From Fulvivirga sp. (GTDB lineage Bacteria > Bacteroidota > Bacteroidia > Cytophagales > Cyclobacteriaceae), in NCBI RefSeq assembly GCF_040218215.1, contig NZ_JAVJQL010000030.1, positions 1,823 to 65,822 of the forward strand: 64,000 bases of DNA, written 5' to 3'. The translations under genes were made by a program, and so were the position numbers. This document shows, piece after piece, positions 30,705 to 41,195 of this stretch. The notes under the pieces were generated by a model. That model saw only the letters and a program-made list of their open reading frames with translations. It ran no database searches and was not told where the DNA came from. How positions within the stretch are numbered: the stretch's first letter is position 1; the number at the start of each line of letters is the position of its first letter.

Positions 30705-31880
30705 ATGAATGCATATATAGTTAAAGGATTTAGAACAGCAGTAGGCAAAGCTGGTAGAGGCGGGTTTAGATTTACTAGACCAGATAACTTGGCTGCAGAT
30801 GTTATCAAGCATTTGGTAAATTCTGTTGAAGGATTTGATCCAAAAAGAGTTGATGATTTAATCGTAGGAAATGCAGTACCAGAAGCTGAACAAGGAATGC
30901 AAATGGGAAGAATTATTGCCCTTTTGTCACTTCCAATAGAAGTACCAGGAATGGTCATTAACAGATATTGTGGGTCAGGTCTTGAAGCAATCAATATTGC
31001 ATCAGCAAGAATTCATGCCGGGCAAGCAGACTGCATAATAGCTGGAGGCACTGAATCTATGTCAATGGTACCAGTGATGGGTTACAAAACTGCTTTGAAC
31101 TATGAAATAACTACAAAAAACCCCGACTACTATACAAGTATGGGGCTTACGGCTGAGCAGGTAGCTAAAGAATATAATGTCTCTAGAGAAGACATGGATG
31201 AATTTTCGTATCAATCGCATGTTAAGGCAACTGCAGCTATAAAGAATGGAAACTTTAAAGATCAGATTGTTCCTATTACAGTCAAAGAAACATACTTGGA
31301 TGCCAATTTAAAGAAGCAAACCAGAGAATATGTAGTTGACACTGATGAAGGTGTTCGACCAGATACAACTGTCGAAGCTTTAAGTAAGCTAAGACCCGTA
31401 TTTGCCGCTGGCGGATCAGTAACCGCAGGTAATTCTAGCCAAACTTCTGACGGTGCAGCATTTGTAATGGTTATGTCAGAAAGAATGGTGAAGGAGTTGA
31501 AATTGGAGCCAATAGCAAGATTAGTGAGTTATACTGCGGCAGGTGTTGAACCTCGCATAATGGGAATAGGTCCAGTAGCAGCCATACCTAAGGCATTGAA
31601 AATTGCCGGTTTGAAGCAAGATGATATAGACCAAATTGAATTGAATGAAGCTTTTGCTGCACAGTCTTTAGCTGTCATTAGAACATTGGGTTTGGACCCT
31701 TCAAAAATAAATCCAAATGGAGGAGCTATCGCTTTGGGTCACCCACTTGGTTGTTCAGGAGCAAAACTATCAATACAGCTTTTTGATGAGATGAAAAGAA
31801 GAAAGCAAAAGTATGGAATGGTCACAGCTTGTGTTGGTGGAGGACAAGGAGTGGCAGGAATATACGAGCTGTTAAACTAG
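30705..31880 (+). CDS. fadA: Acetyl-CoA C-acyltransferase (thiolase)
   Basis: INRYCGSG, ELNEAFA, GAIALGHPLG and CVGGGQG motifs. Confidence 0.95.
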   Translation: MNAYIVKGFRTAVGKAGRGGFRFTRPDNLAADVIKHLVNSVEGFDPKRVDDLIVGNAVPEAEQGMQMGRIIALLSLPIEVPGMVINRYCGSGLEAINIASARIHAGQADCIIAGGTESMSMVPVMGYKTALNYEITTKNPDYYTSMGLTAEQVAKEYNVSREDMDEFSYQSHVKATAAIKNGNFKDQIVPITVKETYLDANLKKQTREYVVDTDEGVRPDTTVEALSKLRPVFAAGGSVTAGNSSQTSDGAAFVMVMSERMVKELKLEPIARLVSYTAAGVEPRIMGIGPVAAIPKALKIAGLKQDDIDQIELNEAFAAQSLAVIRTLGLDPSKINPNGGAIALGHPLGCSGAKLSIQLFDEMKRRKQKYGMVTACVGGGQGVAGIYELLN

Positions 31881-31917
31881 ATTTTAAAAGAATTATAACA
31901 TTGAAATATTAATTAAG

Positions 31918-33720
31918 ATGTCAGCAACTATTGAAACTAAACAAAGCATCAAAGGCGGAGAATTTCTTATCAGAGAAACCGCTGCGGAGGATATTTTTAT
32001 CCCCGAAGAATGGAGTGAAGAGCAAAAAATGATTGCTCAAACTTGTCATGATTTTATTGAACAGGAAATTCATCCAAAGCTTGATGAAATCGATTCAATG
32101 AAAAACCCAGACCTTATGCCTTCTCTTTTGGACAAGGCTGGAGAGTTGGGTCTTCTTGGAACTAGTGTACCAGAAGCTTATGAGGGCTTTGGAATGAACT
32201 TCAATACTTCAATGCTGGTAGCTGAAGTGTTTGGAGCAGCTCACTCATTTGCCGTTGCTATTTCTGCTCACACTGGTATTGGTACATTGCCAATATTGTA
32301 TTATGGTAATGAAGATCAGAAGAAAAAATACTTGCCAAATCTTGCCACAGGAAAATGGAAAGCGGCTTATTGTTTGACAGAACCAGATTCTGGTTCGGAT
32401 GCAAATTCTGGTAAAACTAAAGCAGTGCTAACTGATGATAAAAAGCATTATGTTATCAATGGCCAAAAAATGTGGATAACCAATGGCGGTTTTGCGGATG
32501 TTTTCATAGTATTCGCAAAAATTGATGATGATAAAAACCTTTCTGCTTTTATTGTTGAAAAATCATTCGGTGGCATTACTATGAATGAAGAAGAAAAGAA
32601 AATGGGTATCAAGGGATCTTCTACCCGTCAGATTTTCTTCAACGACTGTAAAGTGCCTGTTGAAAATCTGCTTTCAGAAAGAGAAAACGGCTTTAAGATT
32701 GCGGTTAACATTTTGAATATTGGAAGAATAAAGTTGGGTGTTGCTGCAGTAGGAGGAAGTAAAGGAATTATCAGCAATGCGGTTAACTATGCTGGCGAAC
32801 GTAAACAGTTTGGAACTTCTATTTCGAACTTCGGAGCAATCAAATATAAAATTGCCCAAATGGCCTCTAAGGTGTTTGCTTCAGAGTCTGCTCATTATAG
32901 AGCTGGCCAAAACATTGATGATGCCTATGACACATTAGTTGCAGACGGAATGGAAAATGCACAAGCCAGACTTAAATCAGTTGAAGAGTTTGCCATCGAA
33001 TGTGCAATACTTAAAGTACACGGTTCTGAAGTACTGGACTACTGTGCTGACGAAGGTGTGCAGATTTATGGTGGTATGGGTTTCTCAGCTGAAAGTCCAA
33101 TGGACAGGGCTTATAGAGATGCGCGTATCAACAGAATTTTTGAAGGTACAAATGAGATCAACAGAATGCTTTGCATTGACATGTTGATGAAAAGAGCCAT
33201 GAAAGGAACTATTGATTTAATGTCTCCAGCTATGGCAGTTCAAAAGGAGTTGATGTCCATTCCAGACTTTGGTGCTTCTGATGGCGATGAGCTATTTGCT
33301 AAAGAGAAAAAAGCATTGGTCAACTTGAAAAAGGCAGGATTGATGGTAGCAGGAGCGGCTGTTCAGAAATTTATGCAGAAACTCGGAGAAGAACAGGAGA
33401 TATTAATGAATATGGCCGATATGCTCATTGAAGGATATGTAGCGGAATCATGCTTACTAAGAGTTGAGAAATTGGTAGCTCAAAAAGGAGAAGAGGCAGT
33501 GGCAACTCAAATTGATATGATGAGAGTTTATCTGCATGAGGCTATCGAAAGAGCAGCGTCATCGGGCAGAGAAGCTATTAACTCATTTGCTAGTGGCGAT
33601 GAGCAGCGCATGATGTTAATGGGACTGAAGAGGTTTACAAAAATAGAACCTATGAACCTTAAAGATGCCAGACGTAGAATTGCAGATTATATAATTGCTA
33701 AGAATGAATACCCGTTCTAA
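31918..33720 (+). CDS. Acyl-CoA dehydrogenase
   Basis: CLTEPDSGSDA, NGQKMWITNG, GVQIYGGMG and RIFEGTNEI motifs. Confidence 0.95.
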   Translation: MSATIETKQSIKGGEFLIRETAAEDIFIPEEWSEEQKMIAQTCHDFIEQEIHPKLDEIDSMKNPDLMPSLLDKAGELGLLGTSVPEAYEGFGMNFNTSMLVAEVFGAAHSFAVAISAHTGIGTLPILYYGNEDQKKKYLPNLATGKWKAAYCLTEPDSGSDANSGKTKAVLTDDKKHYVINGQKMWITNGGFADVFIVFAKIDDDKNLSAFIVEKSFGGITMNEEEKKMGIKGSSTRQIFFNDCKVPVENLLSERENGFKIAVNILNIGRIKLGVAAVGGSKGIISNAVNYAGERKQFGTSISNFGAIKYKIAQMASKVFASESAHYRAGQNIDDAYDTLVADGMENAQARLKSVEEFAIECAILKVHGSEVLDYCADEGVQIYGGMGFSAESPMDRAYRDARINRIFEGTNEINRMLCIDMLMKRAMKGTIDLMSPAMAVQKELMSIPDFGASDGDELFAKEKKALVNLKKAGLMVAGAAVQKFMQKLGEEQEILMNMADMLIEGYVAESCLLRVEKLVAQKGEEAVATQIDMMRVYLHEAIERAASSGREAINSFASGDEQRMMLMGLKRFTKIEPMNLKDARRRIADYIIAKNEYPF

Positions 33721-33741
33721 TTAGTATACAAGTTTAATCTG

Positions 33742-33777
33742 AGGCCCGGTATTGGTTTATTCCAATCCGGGCCTTTT
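33742..33777 (+). terminator. Rho-independent terminator of the fad operon
   Basis: AGGCCCGG(T)ATTGG / CCAATCCGGGCCT stem followed by Ts. Confidence 0.8.
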
Positions 33778-33782
33778 AATTT

Positions 33783-33968
33783 TTATGCTAGATTTTTCTT
33801 ATTGTAAAATCTTTCTGGCCTGCGCATGCGTTCGATAGTTATGCGTAAATAAGTTTCGTCTACGCTTACTTCCAAATTGCTTGTTGAAGCGGATGTATGA
33901 TTAGGCTTTTCAAGATTTGATAAGCTGAAAATGGATACGAGGCTTAGAAACACTATTAAATTTTTCAT
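33783..33968 (-). CDS. Possible small secreted protein (61 aa)
   Basis: ATG start and MK + hydrophobic signal-like N-terminus; fills an otherwise empty gap. Confidence 0.5.
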   Translation of the reverse strand: MKNLIVFLSLVSIFSLSNLEKPNHTSASTSNLEVSVDETYLRITIERMRRPERFYNKKNLA

Positions 33969-34082
33969 AACTTCTGTTATTTAAAATAAACCGAGGTTTA
34001 TTATTGTTTAACAATAGTGAGTAAAACAACAGCCGTGCCAAAACTTAAATTATTATATCAAATCGCTGTAAATCAATTGGTG

Positions 34083-34724
34083 ATGCACTTCATTTTGCTG
34101 ATATTAATTGCATTCATTTACGGATGTAACAACCAGAGTGTTCAGGATGAAGCAAGTGAAGAAGGTAATGAGCTTTTAACTAAAGTTGTTGTAAGAAGAA
34201 GTGCTGTTGATTTCACACTCGTTTTGGAGTCTGATTCTATGTCAAGGAGTTTAGCTTTTTATAAAAATGAGGACTCTACTACTTACCGTCATATGAACTA
34301 TCAGTTTTACACTGATAGTGAGGTGCTGCTAAAAGATGAGCTAGTGCTGGTCAATCAACTTTGGTCTATAGCCGAAGATAGCATCAAATTAAACTTAAGG
34401 TCTTTAATGCTTGGCTATCCATTGGAGTACAAAGATGTTTTGCAAAATCAGATAATAGCTTTTAGTGAATCCACCGAGTGGAAGGAAGTAAAGGACGGGG
34501 AGTTGAATGAAAACTATCAACTCATGCGCGACATCATGAAAGCACAAAATGTTTATTATCCCTTGGACAGCTTGTTAGAAACCAAAGGTCTGCTCATAGG
34601 AGAATTTTCTACAGAGAAGCATGGCTACGTTCCTAGAGACGAACTCAAAAAGTTAGGTTTTGATGAATCCTTAAAAATACCAGTGCCTTTTATGGTATGG
34701 ATTAGTGTGAGACAATCAATTTAA
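34083..34724 (+). CDS. Hypothetical lipoprotein
   Basis: Start reassigned to ATG 34083 (MHFILLILIAFIYGC lipobox); the track ORF begins at 34017. Confidence 0.75.
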   Translation: MHFILLILIAFIYGCNNQSVQDEASEEGNELLTKVVVRRSAVDFTLVLESDSMSRSLAFYKNEDSTTYRHMNYQFYTDSEVLLKDELVLVNQLWSIAEDSIKLNLRSLMLGYPLEYKDVLQNQIIAFSESTEWKEVKDGELNENYQLMRDIMKAQNVYYPLDSLLETKGLLIGEFSTEKHGYVPRDELKKLGFDESLKIPVPFMVWISVRQSI

Positions 34725-36897
34725 CTGATTGTTTAAATGCTTTTCCTTGAATGTTTATGATATAGGAGCCATTTGGTAATTGACTTGTGTTATATTCAAA
34801 ATGGCCATCTACTTGGCTTAGGTTAGAATGGTCGATTAACAGACCTTGGATAGAATATACACTAATCTCTACTTCCTTTTGGATTCCGAAGGAACCTCTG
34901 ATTTGTACTTTCTCGTTTGAAGGATTTGGGATTGCAGCCACTTCATATGGATTGATTTTATTTTCACGGGCCGTTACTTGACCAGAAAAATATCTTAATG
35001 CGAATTCAAAAGCGTCATCCCCAATTTGCTCACCAATAATTCGTCCTCGCAAATCATCTGCTGGAGGATGTATGCCTCCCCATATTCTGGATAAGCTCGT
35101 TTGATCAGATGCATCATTATAAGTTGCCCATTGAAGAGTAACATCAACACTTGGGCCTTCTTCGAAAACTAAAAATTCATTTTTTGGTGCTTCAAATGTC
35201 CCCATTCCTCCAGGAAAATATTCATCACCTGTTAATAAAGTCAAAACCTTAGCTGCCGCTCTCGAAAATGTAGAATGACCAGAAATGTAACCAGCAAAAG
35301 GGGGGGTAACAAAAGAAGGGCGCTGATAGGGCCACCAATTTTCAGCCAATATCCATCCTACTCCAGCTTCATCTACCAATGGATCGTTAATGTAATTTGG
35401 GCCCTTCCATGCTTTGACTTTTATCTTTCCAATATTAGCAGGATTAGCATTTACCAAAGGGTCATCTGGCGCAACAACTTCTACAAAGCCTGGCTCAAGA
35501 GGAATGCCTTGAGGAGAATAGTTATCACCATTTGGATCAGAGCTCTGTCCATTATCTGCCATAAAGCGAATGGCCGAAATTGGTCGGATATAATCGTACC
35601 AACCTTTTATTCCCCATGCTGTTATTGCCACGTCATGCATTGCTCCTCCTAAAACGAAATAGCATTTAACATCCCACTCCAATTGAGAAAGAACTTCACC
35701 TTGGCCGTTAAATTTTCTAATTAAGTCTGGTTGGTCGTTAACGTAATGTAAGATTGTAAACCAATGACCAGGTGGCGTTTCAGAATCAGGACCATCTGCC
35801 CAAAACTCAGCTAATACCCTGGTATAATCCCCTCTAGGCACTATATTGCTTTCATATGGCAGACCTGTTTTTGGATTAAGGTCCCTTCCCTGACCGGGAT
35901 CTCCACCTTCTAATTCATTATAAAAATTACGATAATCGAACAATTCTGTTGGAATATTTTCAATACCTCCAAGATTACCGGCCGCTCCAGGCGAAATATC
36001 CCACATCACATCATCAGTCGGATCAAGATGACTCGACCATTTAGCAACAAGCCCAAAATTCCATTTGTATTCATCAGATAAACCCCCGCCATCCGCTTCT
36101 AGTGAAGGCGGAGTGCCTGGATCGTGATAAACATGATATGTGTCGTCATCCCTTTCATGGATCGTTAAATCCCTACCTTTTAAGGCAAACGAAAGTACCT
36201 TACCCCATTCAGGACTTAAAAAACTTGGTACTGCCCCAGGAATTATTTGACCACTTTGGTCGATGAAAATGTCAAAACCCAATGGTTGCCATCTATTTGG
36301 ATCGGACAGGCTTTCGTTGCCTGAAAACACAGGATATAATGGTTCATTTATTGGCTCGTAATACTTGTTTTGGTAACCATTTTCCTCATTGCTGCCATCA
36401 ATATTTCCATAAGCAATAATTTGTTCAGCTATATAATTTCCTAATGCCGCTGGAGACCCAGTGCTATAATCGGTAGACGTGAAGAATGAAGAATAACCTA
36501 ATGAAAAAAATAAGTCGTCTAGCGAAACAAGTGTTTCTCCAGCGCTAGGAGAATTTTTAAACCTATGACTTAAGAGTCTATAGCATGCATAACTAATGGC
36601 TTCCTCTTGGGCAGCTTGCTTATCCTCAGGTATTGCTATTCCATTAAACGGAATATTAAAACCATGAACGCTATTTCCTAAAAAATAGGTGTTAGTATTT
36701 TCTTCAAATGCAGCCCAGGCATCATATGTGGCTGCTGAAGTGTGAAAAAGATTTCGTGCGTGAACGGTGGGCCTTGCAAAATCTTTTCTAATTGCATCTA
36801 ATAAAGCCTCATTCCATTTTCTGGCAATAGAATGTTGGGCCTGAGCTAACGAGCAAATGATTGAGAGAGCAATCAAAAATATAAACTTTTTGATCAT
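34702..36897 (-). CDS. Vanadium-dependent haloperoxidase/PAP2-like protein with T9SS C-terminal sorting domain
   Basis: Signal peptide; K-x6-RP (KGWYDYIRP), GYISGHS and SRIWGGIH active-site motifs; CTD-like tail (IPNPS...IYSIQG...LPNGSYIINI...KLIV). Confidence 0.85.
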   Translation of the reverse strand: MIKKFIFLIALSIICSLAQAQHSIARKWNEALLDAIRKDFARPTVHARNLFHTSAATYDAWAAFEENTNTYFLGNSVHGFNIPFNGIAIPEDKQAAQEEAISYACYRLLSHRFKNSPSAGETLVSLDDLFFSLGYSSFFTSTDYSTGSPAALGNYIAEQIIAYGNIDGSNEENGYQNKYYEPINEPLYPVFSGNESLSDPNRWQPLGFDIFIDQSGQIIPGAVPSFLSPEWGKVLSFALKGRDLTIHERDDDTYHVYHDPGTPPSLEADGGGLSDEYKWNFGLVAKWSSHLDPTDDVMWDISPGAAGNLGGIENIPTELFDYRNFYNELEGGDPGQGRDLNPKTGLPYESNIVPRGDYTRVLAEFWADGPDSETPPGHWFTILHYVNDQPDLIRKFNGQGEVLSQLEWDVKCYFVLGGAMHDVAITAWGIKGWYDYIRPISAIRFMADNGQSSDPNGDNYSPQGIPLEPGFVEVVAPDDPLVNANPANIGKIKVKAWKGPNYINDPLVDEAGVGWILAENWWPYQRPSFVTPPFAGYISGHSTFSRAAAKVLTLLTGDEYFPGGMGTFEAPKNEFLVFEEGPSVDVTLQWATYNDASDQTSLSRIWGGIHPPADDLRGRIIGEQIGDDAFEFALRYFSGQVTARENKINPYEVAAIPNPSNEKVQIRGSFGIQKEVEISVYSIQGLLIDHSNLSQVDGHFEYNTSQLPNGSYIINIQGKAFKQSVKLIVSH

Positions 36898-36908
36898 TGA
36901 ATTTCTAT

Positions 36909-37931
36909 TTAATTTCTCACCAACTCATGGCGCATATTAAAAATGTAGTTCCTCAAAGCGTCTTGCCATGTTTTTGCAGGATCCCACTTTTTTCCGATAA
37001 AGACGTTTTGAGAATATATGTGCTTGATGTAAAACTTATAAACATTGGTGTTTAAAGTATGCGTAGTAACTTGAGTTTGCCCGTTTTCAATTACCTCGCT
37101 GACATAAGCTGACTGGTTTTCCCCTAGCGGATACTCGAGGAGGCTGCGAACACTTGCTACTGTAGAATGACAATAATAGAGCACATATTGTAAGCCTTGT
37201 GATCGGAGTTCCTTTTCGTCTGAGCCCAGCGGAACAATTTTCCATTTATATGGGTAATCGAGCATCACCTTTGCTATTTCGCTACTATCTGCAAATTGAG
37301 GGATAGCTAATGTTTCTGACGCAAAGTTGAGATCATAAAAATCCGATCTCCGCTTTTGAATCACATGCACCATCTCACCAAATTCCGGGGTTTCAATAAT
37401 GAGAAGATTAGTACTTTCAATTTTTGAGTTTGCAGCCTTGCGATATACATCTTCCATCATGGCAGCTAAATCTTTACCATCTATTTTCCAGGCGTTTTGA
37501 TTTTGCTGGATTAAAAACTGGCGATCAGTGAGTTTTACAAGGATTAACCTATAAAAGCTACCATCTGTCAAAATAAAGGCAGCATGCTTAATATCCCGTC
37601 CATCAAAGGCATCTAAAAACGCATGATAGGATTCATAGCCACTAAGCAAATCATCAAAATGATAATAGGCAACGGCATCAATACCAGATTTAGCCATACC
37701 TTTTTGAACAACGGACGCTACACTTTTCCATTCCGGCCGAATGCCTGATTGCTGATCGTTTAAGGTTTTAACAATAACAACAGTCTTGGTAGATAGTATC
37801 TCTTCTGGCAGTTGATCTATGAAATTAAGTGATTCAATCCGCTCATTTATGATAACTTCCTGAGCAACTGTAACCGTACATAAGGTGGAGAAAAATAAAA
37901 GAAGAAACAGAAATGATTTTGTTTTATTCAT
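36909..37931 (-). CDS. Secreted hypothetical protein
   Basis: Start reassigned to ATG 37931 (MNKTKSFLFLLLFF signal peptide); no family recognised. Confidence 0.75.
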   Translation of the reverse strand: MNKTKSFLFLLLFFSTLCTVTVAQEVIINERIESLNFIDQLPEEILSTKTVVIVKTLNDQQSGIRPEWKSVASVVQKGMAKSGIDAVAYYHFDDLLSGYESYHAFLDAFDGRDIKHAAFILTDGSFYRLILVKLTDRQFLIQQNQNAWKIDGKDLAAMMEDVYRKAANSKIESTNLLIIETPEFGEMVHVIQKRRSDFYDLNFASETLAIPQFADSSEIAKVMLDYPYKWKIVPLGSDEKELRSQGLQYVLYYCHSTVASVRSLLEYPLGENQSAYVSEVIENGQTQVTTHTLNTNVYKFYIKHIYSQNVFIGKKWDPAKTWQDALRNYIFNMRHELVRN

Positions 37932-37974
37932 GAAAGATGAACGTACAATAGAGCACTTAATTATGAACATCAAT

Positions 37975-38391
37975 TTAAACAGCAAAAATCTGGCTTTTGT
38001 CCTTAAATGCCTTGAACTCAAGTGCATTGCCGCATGGATCTAGAAAAAACATAGTGGCCTGTTCGCCAGGAAGTCCTTTGAACCTTATATGCGGGTCAAT
38101 AATGAATTGGATGCCCAATTTTACCAGTTTTTCACTCAATGCTTCCCATTGATCCATTTCTAAAATAATCCCGAAATGTTTCACAGGGACAGCATCACCA
38201 TCAACCTTATTGGTCGCAGCAATGCCCACTTCATCAGGTGCTAAATGAGCCACTACCTGATGGCCGAAAAAATCAAAATCAATCCACTGATCGGAGCTTC
38301 TTCCTGTTTTGCAGCCAATCACATTTACATAAAACTCTCTGGCAGCCTCAAGATTGTCGACAGGAAAGGCCAGGTGAAAAGGTTGTATCAT
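37975..38391 (-). CDS. VOC/glyoxalase (extradiol dioxygenase-like) protein
   Basis: [25 protein letters not shown] and [16 protein letters not shown] motifs. Confidence 0.92.
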   Translation of the reverse strand: MIQPFHLAFPVDNLEAAREFYVNVIGCKTGRSSDQWIDFDFFGHQVVAHLAPDEVGIAATNKVDGDAVPVKHFGIILEMDQWEALSEKLVKLGIQFIIDPHIRFKGLPGEQATMFFLDPCGNALEFKAFKDKSQIFAV

Positions 38392-38404
38392 CTTTTATTT
38401 TCGT

Positions 38405-38731
38405 TTAATCTGATATTCCTACGAATATACCATCTTCTCTGCTCTCCACCGAATAGGTGGTTAAATCATGGGTTCTTCTTTCACATTCTACACCATGCTT
38501 AAGGCTGAACCTGTAATTATGCCAAGGGCAAATTATTTCTCCCAGGTAATTCACCTTACCCTTACTCAAAGACTCTCCATTATGGGGGCATTTGTCATCG
38601 GTTACAAAATAACCATCATTATGCCGAGCCATGCAAAGCCTTTTGTTTCCTATTTGAAGTAATACGGCACTTTGTGGGCTAATGGTGTCATTAGCTGCGG
38701 CTTCCGATTCAAATACTTTGTACAATTTCAT
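38405..38731 (-). CDS. Rieske [2Fe-2S] ferredoxin
   Basis: CPH...CPWH Rieske ligands; start reassigned to ATG 38731. Confidence 0.9.
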   Translation of the reverse strand: MKLYKVFESEAAANDTISPQSAVLLQIGNKRLCMARHNDGYFVTDDKCPHNGESLSKGKVNYLGEIICPWHNYRFSLKHGVECERRTHDLTTYSVESREDGIFVGISD

Positions 38732-38910
38732 AATTCTTAGATTATAATAGCCGTATGGTGAAATTATCAAATCTTGTAGGCAAATAACATGATAACCAAA
38801 GGTATTTGACTGCAAATGAATTTGATGAAGCTAATAATACCATCATGTAATTGATTTAAAAAATACAGGAAAAGGAGCTATATTCAATTTTGATCAGACC
38901 TAAAAATATT

Positions 38911-40203
38911 ATGAAAAGAACAATCACACTATTGCTTTGTGTATTTGCATACAATGCTTTTGCTCAAAGTGCCTTGAACAAGAAAACAGATAAACTTGCT
39001 GCGGAGGTGGAGCAAAGGATGATCGAGTGGCGCAGGGATTTCCATGAATATCCTGAACTATCGAACAGGGAATTTAAAACCGCAGAGAAAATAGCGGCAC
39101 ATCTAAAATCCTTGGGGATACAAGTTCAAACCGGGGTAGCAAAAACAGGCGTAGTTGGTATTTTAAAAGGCGGAAAACCTGGCCCGGTCATAGGCCTGCG
39201 GGCAGATATTGATGCCTTGCCAGTTACAGAAAGAACGCCAGTTCCTTTTGCCTCGAAAGTAAAATCTACTTACAATGAAATGGAAACCGGAGTAATGCAT
39301 GCCTGCGGCCATGATACCCATATTGCCATATTGATGGCCACCGCAGAGGTGTTGTCCAAAATGAAAGCTGATTTGAAAGGCACCGTTAAGTTTATCTTTC
39401 AGCCTGCCGAAGAAGGAGCACCTGAAGGAGAAGAAGGCGGAGCAAAATTAATGGTGAAAGAAGGCGTGTTAAAAAACCCCGATGTTGATGTGATTTTTGG
39501 TTTGCATATTTCTGCAGATACCCCGGTCGGAATGATAAACTACAAGCCTGGAGGCACCATGGCGGCCTCAGATCGTTTTATCATTAAGGTCAAAGGCCAG
39601 CAGTCTCATGGTTCAAGACCATGGGGTGGCGTAGATCCTATAGTAGCCTCTGCCCAAATTATCAATGGATTACAGACAATTGTGAGTAGACAAACAGAAT
39701 TGACCAAAGAGGCTGCCGTTATTTCCGTTGGCGTGATAAGAGGAGGTGTTCGTAATAATATCATTCCTGAAGAGGTGGAAATGATAGGTACCATCAGAAC
39801 GCTTGATACTGACATGCAGAAGATCATTCACGAGAAAATAAAACTGACAGCAACTAAAATAGCCGAGAGCATGGGAGCCACCGCGGATGTTAATATTATT
39901 ATTGGTTATCCAGTAACTTATAATGATCTGGAATTAACAGCTAAAATGGTACCTTCTATAAATAAAGCTGCAGGCGGTAATGTGCAGGTTGTTGATGCCG
40001 TGACAGGTGCTGAAGACTTTTCGTTTTTTCAACAGCAAGTACCTGGATTTTACTTTTTTGTTGGAGGAAGACCTTTGGAGGAAAAACCATTTAAACTTGG
40101 CGGTCATCATACTCCGGATTTTTATATTGAAGAAGCTGGAATGTTGACTGGATTAAAAGCAATGCTTAACGTTACAGTCGATTACATGGAAATGAAAAAA
40201 TAA
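38911..40203 (+). CDS. M20D amidohydrolase, secreted
   Basis: RRDFHEYPELS, LRADIDAL, MHACGHD, FQPAEEG, GAEDFS and HHTPDF motifs; signal peptide from ATG 38911. Confidence 0.92.
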   Translation: MKRTITLLLCVFAYNAFAQSALNKKTDKLAAEVEQRMIEWRRDFHEYPELSNREFKTAEKIAAHLKSLGIQVQTGVAKTGVVGILKGGKPGPVIGLRADIDALPVTERTPVPFASKVKSTYNEMETGVMHACGHDTHIAILMATAEVLSKMKADLKGTVKFIFQPAEEGAPEGEEGGAKLMVKEGVLKNPDVDVIFGLHISADTPVGMINYKPGGTMAASDRFIIKVKGQQSHGSRPWGGVDPIVASAQIINGLQTIVSRQTELTKEAAVISVGVIRGGVRNNIIPEEVEMIGTIRTLDTDMQKIIHEKIKLTATKIAESMGATADVNIIIGYPVTYNDLELTAKMVPSINKAAGGNVQVVDAVTGAEDFSFFQQQVPGFYFFVGGRPLEEKPFKLGGHHTPDFYIEEAGMLTGLKAMLNVTVDYMEMKK

Positions 40204-41109
40204 ATGCTGCAACTGTACAAGGAGCCCTTTATCCAGGAAATTGAAGATCAACTTTTCAAGGATAAAGGGCTTCGTGTTTATATCAAGCGTGAAGACCAAA
40301 TCCACCCCACTGTTTCTGGTAATAAGTGGCGCAAACTCAAGTACAATTTGCACGAAGCCAAAACTCAAGGTCACGACACACTTCTGACTTTTGGTGGTGC
40401 CTATTCAAATCACATCTATGCTACTGCTGCCGCTGCTCATGAGGCCGGATTTAAGTCTATTGGAATAATTCGTGGTGAAGAACTTGAAGATAAGCCTCTA
40501 AACAAAACACTTTCCTTTGCTACTGAACAAGGGATGCAGTTGGCTTTTGCAGATAGGGAGACCTATAGACAAAAGTCAGAATCAAATTTCATAAAAACCT
40601 TAGAGGAGGAGTACGGAAAGTTTTATCTACTTCCAGAAGGCGGGACAAATAACCTTGCTATAAAAGGTTGCGAAGAAATTTTAAGTGACAATGACAAACA
40701 GTATGATATTGTTTGCTGTGCGGTGGGCACAGGTGGCACAATTTCAGGTATTATAGCTGCCAGCCTTCCTGATCAACATGTCCTGGGGTTTTCAGCGCTG
40801 AAGGGGGATTTCCTGAAAAGTGAAGTTCAAAGGTTGTTGGAAAATTATTCAGCAAAGAAATTCAAAAACTGGTCAATCAATACAGATTATCATTTTGGAG
40901 GCTACGCCAAGACTAATCATGAGCTACTAGACTTTATTACTGATTTTGAACAAAGGCATCACGTACCATTAGATCAGGTTTATACTGGTAAAATGATGTT
41001 TGGAATTTATGACCTTATAAGCAAAAACCGCTTCAGGTCGGGAGCAAAAATCTTGCTTATACATACCGGTGGATTACAGGGAGCATTGAATAGCGGAATA
41101 AAATATTAA
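40204..41109 (+). CDS. ACC deaminase/D-cysteine desulfhydrase family PLP enzyme
   Basis: SGNKWRKLKYN, TFGGAYSNH, GTGGT, LDQVYTGK and HTGGLQG motifs. Confidence 0.92.
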   Translation: MLQLYKEPFIQEIEDQLFKDKGLRVYIKREDQIHPTVSGNKWRKLKYNLHEAKTQGHDTLLTFGGAYSNHIYATAAAAHEAGFKSIGIIRGEELEDKPLNKTLSFATEQGMQLAFADRETYRQKSESNFIKTLEEEYGKFYLLPEGGTNNLAIKGCEEILSDNDKQYDIVCCAVGTGGTISGIIAASLPDQHVLGFSALKGDFLKSEVQRLLENYSAKKFKNWSINTDYHFGGYAKTNHELLDFITDFEQRHHVPLDQVYTGKMMFGIYDLISKNRFRSGAKILLIHTGGLQGALNSGIKY

Positions 41110-41195
41110 AAGTTTTTAAATGGTTGGTATTTGAAAGCAGCTTTTCTTTTTCTACCTTACTCACTTCTCATTCCAAATATTAACTTCTTTAAAAC

